A stretch of 32,000 bases of DNA from Ktedonobacterales bacterium (GTDB lineage: Bacteria; Chloroflexota; Ktedonobacteria; Ktedonobacterales; JADMIN01), in NCBI GenBank assembly GCA_030167145.1, contig CP126532.1, forward strand, positions 240,001-272,000. The letters are read 5' to 3'. Below the pieces are notes generated by a model that saw only the letters and a list, made by a program, of their open reading frames with translations, did not search any database and had not been told where the DNA came from. The position numbers were made by a program, and so were the translations under genes. Below are positions 26,173-32,000 of the stretch, piece after piece; within the stretch, counting starts at the first letter, position 1; the number at the start of each line of letters is the position of its first letter.

Positions 26173-27366
26173 CTACAACGTCAGCTCTGGTGGCGCAAAG
26201 ATCGCCCGCACAAGCCGGTCAGCGTCATGGCGCACCAGATGTCCCTGATGCACCGCCAGTAGCGCATCTACGATCACATCCGGCACGAGTTGGCTCACTG
26301 CCTCCACATCAGGCTCGACGGGATATTGCTGCTGCGCCTCGTAGCGTTCTACCAACTCTTCCGGGAGCGAGCCATCATGCAGAATCACCCGGTCCACTCT
26401 CCCGCCAAGGTAGGTGTGCAGTTCGCGCACAAAGTCGGACGCGCGGAAAGCGTCTGTCTCGCCATGCTTGGTCATCAGATTGCAGATGTACACCTTACGC
26501 GCTTCAGATCCGCGAATAGCCTCCGCGATGTCACGCACCAGCAAATTCGGCAGGATGCTCGTATACAGATCTCCCGGCCCAAGCACGATCACATCGGCCC
26601 GGCGGATCGCGCGCAACGCCTCGGCGCAGGCTGGCGTCTCCTCACGCAGGAAGATACGTTGGATCGGCGACAGTGACCCGGCGTCGTGCAAGCCCCGTGT
26701 ATCAATCTCTGTCTCACCGCAGATGACACCGCCGCCGGCCAGTTCGGCGCAGAGTGTCGCATGCTCCAGTGTGACAGGCAGCACCTTGCCAGCGGTATCC
26801 AGCACTTCCTGCGCATCTTCAATTGCCAGCAAGAGGTTCCCATCGTTCAGTTCTTGCAGCGCCGAGAGGATCAGATTGCCCAGACTATGCCCCGCCACAC
26901 CGGCTTCACGCCCCAACATCTGCGCCTTCGAGTCGTTCGGGTCACCAGCGATCAATGCATCGGGGCGCGTCCCCTGCCCCTGGCGAAAGCGAAAGCCGAA
27001 GATTTCGCGCCAGAGCACCCCTTTGCGCGAGAGCGCCACCAGCGCCTGCCTCAGGTCACCATACGGCAGCGTGCCGAACTCATCCATCAGCCTCCGCGAA
27101 CTGCCGCCGCTATCAGACATCGTCACAATCGCGGTGATCGCACATGGATAGCGCTTCAGGCTGGATAGTACCGCGAACGGACCTGTACCGCCGCCAATCG
27201 TCACCACTCGCTTCTCGACCATCTGCCGCAATGTCTGGCGCTCCCGCTCAGGGTCACGCCCCTCAAGTGTCCGCGCCACAATGCTTGCTCTTTCTCTTGC
27301 CCATCGCTCGCTAACCACACCGCTTCCACACTCCATCAGCATGAATGCTGCCATGATCGGGTGCAA
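26173..27366 (-). CDS. YvcK / CofD-family protein (gluconeogenesis-factor-type, UPF0052)
   Basis: 'VVTIGGGTGPFAVLSSLK' and 'ITAIVTMSDSGGSSRRLMDEFGTLPYGDLRQALVAL' are YvcK-type motifs. The start is uncertain: TTG 27366, ATG 27354 and ATG 27222 are all possible. Confidence 0.82.
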   Translation of the reverse strand: MHPIMAAFMLMECGSGVVSERWARERASIVARTLEGRDPERERQTLRQMVEKRVVTIGGGTGPFAVLSSLKRYPCAITAIVTMSDSGGSSRRLMDEFGTLPYGDLRQALVALSRKGVLWREIFGFRFRQGQGTRPDALIAGDPNDSKAQMLGREAGVAGHSLGNLILSALQELNDGNLLLAIEDAQEVLDTAGKVLPVTLEHATLCAELAGGGVICGETEIDTRGLHDAGSLSPIQRIFLREETPACAEALRAIRRADVIVLGPGDLYTSILPNLLVRDIAEAIRGSEARKVYICNLMTKHGETDAFRASDFVRELHTYLGGRVDRVILHDGSLPEELVERYEAQQQYPVEPDVEAVSQLVPDVIVDALLAVHQGHLVRHDADRLVRAIFAPPELTL

Positions 27367-27558
27367 AGCTCCAATGCGAAGTGTTCGGCCCGCCTATCAC
27401 TGCTGAGCACGGCCGGATTGCTTCAAGGGTGTGCCATGCCGTGGATCCCCAGCTTACGTACATGCCCGTCACCTATGCAAACAGCAGTAGAGCCTCGCTC
27501 CGTCTGAAAGATACAGAAGAGCAACAGCGGGGCCGCATCCCGCGAGAGAGGTGGAGCG

Positions 27559-28179
27559 ATGGAGCGGAACGGGAACGTGAACACTGGCGCTTCCTGGGGA
27601 GGCGGTGCGACAGCCTCGCAGCATGCTGAGCCAGCGGATTATGCGCAGTTTGTCGCGTTAGTGCCAATGCACATGGGTGCGGTATTGCGAGTCGCGGCGG
27701 CGCTGATTGGCCCGGCTGACGCCGAAGATGCCGCGCAGGAAGCCATGTTGCGCGGCTGGCAAGCATGGCCAGCAATGCGCAATCCCGCGGCGGCACGCGG
27801 CTGGCTGCTGCGCATCGCGGTCAATGTTTGCAAAGACTGGCAGCGAGGGCGTTATGGCACCCATAAACGGCTCGACCTACCCTTGCGCGACGATGCAAGC
27901 AACATCGAACCCGCACTTCTGGACGCCGACCCCGGCGCCAGTGACGCTGCCGCCTCTATGGACCTGCGCGCCGCCATCAACGAGTTGCATCCAGAGTTGC
28001 GTATGGTCGTCTTGCTCCGCCACTACGTGGGCATGGACTCGAACGAGATAGGTGCGGCGCTTGGTATCCCGCCTGGTACCGTCCGCACGCGACTGCGTCG
28101 TGCGCTTGCGCTGCTCCGCGAGCGGCTCAGCCGGTCGGGCCACTGGCCATCGGCCTACACCCAGGAAGGCGGCAGGTAA
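27559..28179 (+). CDS. ECF-type RNA polymerase sigma factor
   Basis: Region 2 'AEDAAQEAMLRGWQAW...WLLRIAVNVCKDWQR' and region 4 'MDSNEIGAALGIPPGTVRTRLRRALALLRE'. GAGAGAGGTGGAG RBS present. Confidence 0.85.
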   Translation: MERNGNVNTGASWGGGATASQHAEPADYAQFVALVPMHMGAVLRVAAALIGPADAEDAAQEAMLRGWQAWPAMRNPAAARGWLLRIAVNVCKDWQRGRYGTHKRLDLPLRDDASNIEPALLDADPGASDAAASMDLRAAINELHPELRMVVLLRHYVGMDSNEIGAALGIPPGTVRTRLRRALALLRERLSRSGHWPSAYTQEGGR

Positions 28180-29744
28180 TGTCCGACTATTACGATGGCG
28201 AAAATGCTCCAAATCCTACCGGTGATCTGTTCGCTCTACCGCCTGAGTTGCGCCCCTTTGCCCGCCGTCTGGACCACGATGGAGCCAACTGGCGCAATGC
28301 CCTGCCAGATGACTTCGTGCTCGCCCAGCACGTCATTGCGCGTATCGCTCCACCGCCGCAGATGGAGGCTACATCCACATCACCGCATAATCGCGATTCG
28401 CGCCCCACTCTTCCTGAAACGCAGCAGTCTCGCCCCCCCTCGCGAAACCCGCGTTCCGGGGCTGGGCGAGGCTTCATTGCAGTCGCGGCGATGCTGGTCG
28501 TGGTAGTATTGCTTGCCATGGTGCTGAAGTCATTTGTCCGTCCGCATGTGGGTGCATCTACGTCCACTATCAACACACGCACACCGATTACCACAGCCAC
28601 ACCGTCGTTCGCTGGCAAATGGAAGGTCCTTTCGCGGTTCTCTGGCATTCCTGCCCCACAGCCCGACGACAAGAATCCGTCGCTGGTGGTCGCGCCCAGC
28701 AACCCACTTATCGCGTACCAAGTGACGTTTGCCCGGAGTGGTTCGAAAAGCGCAAGTATCTCGATCCAGCGCACCGACAACGGCGGCGCATCATGGAGTA
28801 AGATCGCGCTACCAACTGCTCTTTCGGTAGATGGCAATGTGGCGGGTGTGCATCTTCTGATCAGCCCACTCAACGCATCATATCTCTTTCTCTCTGTGGA
28901 TTGGTTTACCCCTGGATGCTCCACGTTTGCCCAATATGGCGTCTGTTCCGGCCAATATATGAGCCAAGATAGTGGCAGCGGGCCATGGGTATCGCCATAC
29001 ATGCCTACGTTGGGTGATCTTTGGAGTCTACAAGTGGGCGACGATGGTCATCTTCTGTACGGAACTGTGTACACACCTACCTACAGCAGCGGCGCTTCGC
29101 CCGCCAACGGACTGATGGTGAGCGACGACGGCGGCATGCGGTGGAGAGCCGCAGACAGCGACCTCGCTACCGCTGGCCTGGGCATCAGTAGCAGCGCAGC
29201 CTCGACAAGTGGGCCGACGGTGTATGCGGTTACTGAGCCTGCGAAGCCCGACCCACAGCACGATCCAACCTATCAGCTCTGGCGCAGCGATGATGCTGGT
29301 GTACACTGGTCGCATGTAGGCGGTGCGCCGCCCAATGTGCCGGGCATCCTGCTGGCAAGTGGCGGTTCCCAATCCATCCTCTATTTCCAGCAATCGGCGT
29401 CGCCTAACCAGCCAAGCCCGCAACTCACCTTCAGCATAGACGGGGGGTACACCTGGAATCCCGTTCCGCTTACTGGGATTGATCCTCTAGACCCGCAAGG
29501 TAATACGCTGCCTCTCGTGCTGAACGATGGCTCGCTGCTTGCGACCTTCCGCGATGGCAACGACACGCGCTTCTTCGGCTGGGCGCCCAGTGGTTCCTGG
29601 CGCGAGGTGGCCCCACCGGTGCATCTCCAATCCGTCGCATCCATGTGGGCAGTCCGGGACAGCAGTTCAGGCAAGACCACCTTGTTTACACTCTTCAACT
29701 CTGGAACCAAAGACAGCGGCGTGGAAAGTTGTCCGCTATCCTGA
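28179..29744 (+). CDS. membrane-anchored protein: about 97-aa cytoplasmic N-domain (putative non-canonical anti-sigma) - TM - Asp-box/BNR beta-propeller ectodomain
   Basis: TAATG overlap with the sigma stop. TM segment 'FIAVAAMLVVVVLLAMVL' (about 28470-28535). Asp-boxes TDNGGASW, SDDGGMRW, SDDAGVHW and SIDGGYTW. No HxxxCxxC motif. Confidence 0.7.
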   Translation: MSDYYDGENAPNPTGDLFALPPELRPFARRLDHDGANWRNALPDDFVLAQHVIARIAPPPQMEATSTSPHNRDSRPTLPETQQSRPPSRNPRSGAGRGFIAVAAMLVVVVLLAMVLKSFVRPHVGASTSTINTRTPITTATPSFAGKWKVLSRFSGIPAPQPDDKNPSLVVAPSNPLIAYQVTFARSGSKSASISIQRTDNGGASWSKIALPTALSVDGNVAGVHLLISPLNASYLFLSVDWFTPGCSTFAQYGVCSGQYMSQDSGSGPWVSPYMPTLGDLWSLQVGDDGHLLYGTVYTPTYSSGASPANGLMVSDDGGMRWRAADSDLATAGLGISSSAASTSGPTVYAVTEPAKPDPQHDPTYQLWRSDDAGVHWSHVGGAPPNVPGILLASGGSQSILYFQQSASPNQPSPQLTFSIDGGYTWNPVPLTGIDPLDPQGNTLPLVLNDGSLLATFRDGNDTRFFGWAPSGSWREVAPPVHLQSVASMWAVRDSSSGKTTLFTLFNSGTKDSGVESCPLS

Positions 29745-29839
29745 GCCAGATCGCACTGTGAGCTTGTTCACAGCCGTTTGCCCGCCTGGCGCGTCTTTCC
29801 ATACAGATGAGTAGTTCTGATTTGGAGGGATGAAATCGG

Positions 29840-31192
29840 ATGGGCAAACGGATCATGCGGCGTCTTTGGGCGCGGGTTGTCTATATCGCACTCATGGCGC
29901 CGCTGCTCGCTGCGCTGGCGGGCTGTGTGAGTTCTGGCGCTCAACAACATTCCACCTACACATTTGCTGGCCCTCGCGGTCAGTGGATCAAGCTGGATGG
30001 CCTCACTGGCGGATCATCGGTGAGCATTGCGCCGAGTGATCCCCGTGTAGTGTATGAGGTGTTCGGCCTCCATCCAGCCTATGATGTGTCGCAGGCATCG
30101 CTACGCCGCACCGATGACGACGGCAAGACGTGGCACACGCTTACGATCCCGCTCCCGCAGGGCGGCACACTGGCTGATTACGGTGGCGTGATCACGTATG
30201 TTGATCCGGTGAATCCTGCTATCGTGTTTCTTGCTATCGCCAAATCGTATCCAAAATCCTGCCCTACGTGGCCAGCAGATGGCACTCCTTTCGCCGACCG
30301 CCCGTCATCGCCTGCCGGGCATCTCTACGCGGGCTATGTCGCCTGCACCTGGATGTATCGCAGCGCCGACAGCGGCGAGCACTGGACCGAGATTGCGCTG
30401 CCACGCGGCGGGGCGTTTCGCATCCCAATGGGTAGCTCCCAGACGCGCTGGAATACGCATACCCTGCATGCGCAGGACAATCGCCTCTTTGCACTCGACG
30501 GCGTGGATTGGTACTCCGACACGAACCCTGATCGCCTGATTGTAAGTGATGACCAGGGAGCTACGTGGCGCACGATTGACGATATGTTCATCCGTCAGCG
30601 GCAAGAGGTCTTTGAATATATGCCTACGCCTTCTGGCTCGACGCTCTTTGCGATTACCGTGCTTCAGGACGCGCCTCCCAGGACACCTCTCAATCTTTGG
30701 CGAAGTGACGATGGAGGAGCATCCTGGCACATGATCCGGACACTGCCCGAATTCGAACGCAACGACCTCCTGCTCGCACCAATCGGCTCTTCGGGTCAGT
30801 ATGTACTCTACCTGGACTGCCCCATTACGCCGCAAGATGCTCAGAACACCCCGCCTATCGCAATGGCGAGTACCGATGGTGGGGCTACATGGAAGCAGGC
30901 TCCACAGGCTGGATTGCCACCGCAGGATGACCCTGGCACAGCAGTTGGCATAGCAGGCGTACTGAGCGATGGCAGTCTGCTAGTCCAGTCGCCTGGCTTC
31001 ACGCCGCAAGGGCCGACCAATGTAAGCTACTATCGTTGGAAACCTGGAGACGCAGCCTGGACTCAATTCGCGTCACCCGCTGTGGCCACCAATCTATTAT
31101 TGGTCTCGCCTGCTGGCCCCGATGGACCTGAGGCGCTGTGGAGCATCGCGGCTGGTCCCAATCTTTCAGTTTCGCGCTACATCCTCCCCTAG
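29840..31192 (+). CDS. lipoprotein with an Asp-box/BNR beta-propeller; paralogue of the preceding ectodomain
   Basis: Signal peptide with lipobox 'LAGC' (Cys codon 29924-29926). Asp-boxes TDDDGKTW, SADSGEHW, SDDQGATW, SDDGGASW and STDGGATW. Collinear similarity to 28179..29744 (for example 'LWRSDDGGASW' vs 'LWRSDDAGVHW'). Confidence 0.75.
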   Translation: MGKRIMRRLWARVVYIALMAPLLAALAGCVSSGAQQHSTYTFAGPRGQWIKLDGLTGGSSVSIAPSDPRVVYEVFGLHPAYDVSQASLRRTDDDGKTWHTLTIPLPQGGTLADYGGVITYVDPVNPAIVFLAIAKSYPKSCPTWPADGTPFADRPSSPAGHLYAGYVACTWMYRSADSGEHWTEIALPRGGAFRIPMGSSQTRWNTHTLHAQDNRLFALDGVDWYSDTNPDRLIVSDDQGATWRTIDDMFIRQRQEVFEYMPTPSGSTLFAITVLQDAPPRTPLNLWRSDDGGASWHMIRTLPEFERNDLLLAPIGSSGQYVLYLDCPITPQDAQNTPPIAMASTDGGATWKQAPQAGLPPQDDPGTAVGIAGVLSDGSLLVQSPGFTPQGPTNVSYYRWKPGDAAWTQFASPAVATNLLLVSPAGPDGPEALWSIAAGPNLSVSRYILP

Positions 31193-31258
31193 CAAAATTG
31201 GCCCACGCTGGCCCCTGAAGTGCGTACGGCCTCACGGGGGCAGCAGCGGGGCAACACG

Positions 31259-32000
31259 CTACTGCCTAGCCATAGCCTCACTGGTTGCGGGAACTTTCGC
31301 GCGGACGTTGCGTCGGGCACGTGTAGCTGCCATACCCTTGCCGTTGGTTTCGGGCGCTAGTCGTGATTCGAGAACTTCCAGACGTTCGCGCAGTTTGCGG
31401 TTCTCGTCGCGGACCTCTTCGAGGCCGTGACGCAGTTTGCGGGACTCTTCGCCCGCGCTACGGCCCTTTCGCAAGCGCCGGGCGGCTTCGCGCGCTATGC
31501 GGACACCACGCTGATCCAATGCGCTCGCCGCCATGCGCTCCAGCGCGGGGATCGCTCGCTGATCGCCCCAAGCAGCCAGCGCACTGGCTGCCGCATACAC
31601 CGCCATTTCCCACGGGTCATCCAGGGCGGCGATCAGGGCTTCGACGGCACGAGTCTGCGCTTCGCCCGGATCAATGCGCCTGGTCATTGCTAGCTCGCGC
31701 AGACCAGCGGCGGCGGCGGCACGAGCATCCATCGGCTTGGTGCGGTCGGTGGTCCAGCGGGCCAGCACCTCTACGACACGAGGATCACCCAGTTCGCCCA
31801 GGCCCGCGAAGACTCCGGCGCGAATGGTCTCGCGCCATGAGGGCGTGTCCACCTTCGCCAGCAGGGTCTCATAGGCGCCAGCGGTGCGCGTCCGGCCAAG
31901 TGCAGTCGCCGCCGCAGCTTCCACGAAGTAGCTCGGATCGCCCGCAGTGACGATGCGCGTCAGCGTCTGCGCCGCACGCTCGGCAAGGTCGAACTGCTCG
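31259..32000 (-). CDS. HEAT/PBS-lyase-repeat protein, C-terminal part with a coiled-coil tail (5' end outside the window)
   Basis: The frame stays open to the window edge; the ORF-track 'M' at 31924 is an internal GTG. Repeats of the 'R..A..ALG.LGDPRAV..L' type, and a terminal heptad-like 'LEEVRDENRKLRERLEVLESRL'. Confidence 0.6.
   Translation of the reverse strand, partial: EQFDLAERAAQTLTRIVTAGDPSYFVEAAAATALGRTRTAGAYETLLAKVDTPSWRETIRAGVFAGLGELGDPRVVEVLARWTTDRTKPMDARAAAAAGLRELAMTRRIDPGEAQTRAVEALIAALDDPWEMAVYAAASALAAWGDQRAIPALERMAASALDQRGVRIAREAARRLRKGRSAGEESRKLRHGLEEVRDENRKLRERLEVLESRLAPETNGKGMAATRARRNVRAKVPATSEAMARQ

Noticed and set aside
1-32000. Genomic island or mobile element
   Set aside because: No integrase, transposase, tRNA attachment site, terminal inverted repeats or phage genes were seen. 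The only compositional dips are the two non-coding gaps.

Overview
GC-rich bacterial chromosomal window, densely packed, with about 31 protein-coding genes. By eye there are no rRNA or tRNA genes, CRISPR arrays, transposases or integrases. Strong GGAGG-type ribosome-binding sites and frequent GTG/TTG starts fit a Chloroflexota- or Actinomycetota-like genome; the phylum guess is weak inference only.

Confident housekeeping calls, all from motif-level recognition of the translations:
- murF
- serA with an adjacent class-V aminotransferase
- psuG
- a YvcK/CofD-family protein
- an M55 D-aminopeptidase
- rhodanese
- a DAO-type FAD oxidoreductase
- a DHA2 MFS transporter
- an HD-domain phosphohydrolase

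The parts most worth a second look are:
1. A translationally coupled acyl-CoA dehydrogenase / APH-fold kinase / histidine phosphatase operon. It looks like a split bacterial version of the ACAD10/ACAD11 (LvaA/LvaC) 4-hydroxyacyl-CoA phosphorylation-elimination module, with a non-homologous phosphatase added.
2. Two ECF sigma modules whose start/stop-overlapped partner genes encode membrane-anchored beta-propeller ectodomains. One is a zinc anti-sigma fused to a 7-blade Vgb-like propeller. The other is a non-canonical N-terminal domain fused to an Asp-box/BNR propeller, followed by a lipoprotein paralogue of that same ectodomain.
3. Two divergent ComB-family (2-phosphosulfolactate phosphatase) paralogues with no coenzyme-M context. 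One overlaps a SUKH/SMI1 gene by 14 nt; the other heads a ComB-DUF2568-MurF operon.
4. Two unusually long, lower-GC non-coding stretches (about 19589-20063 and 22522-23139) carrying near-consensus sigma70-type promoters, palindromes and short tandem repeats.

All functional calls are homology-by-recognition without database searches. Start codons were chosen by RBS spacing and are less certain than stops. Coordinates include the stop codon.
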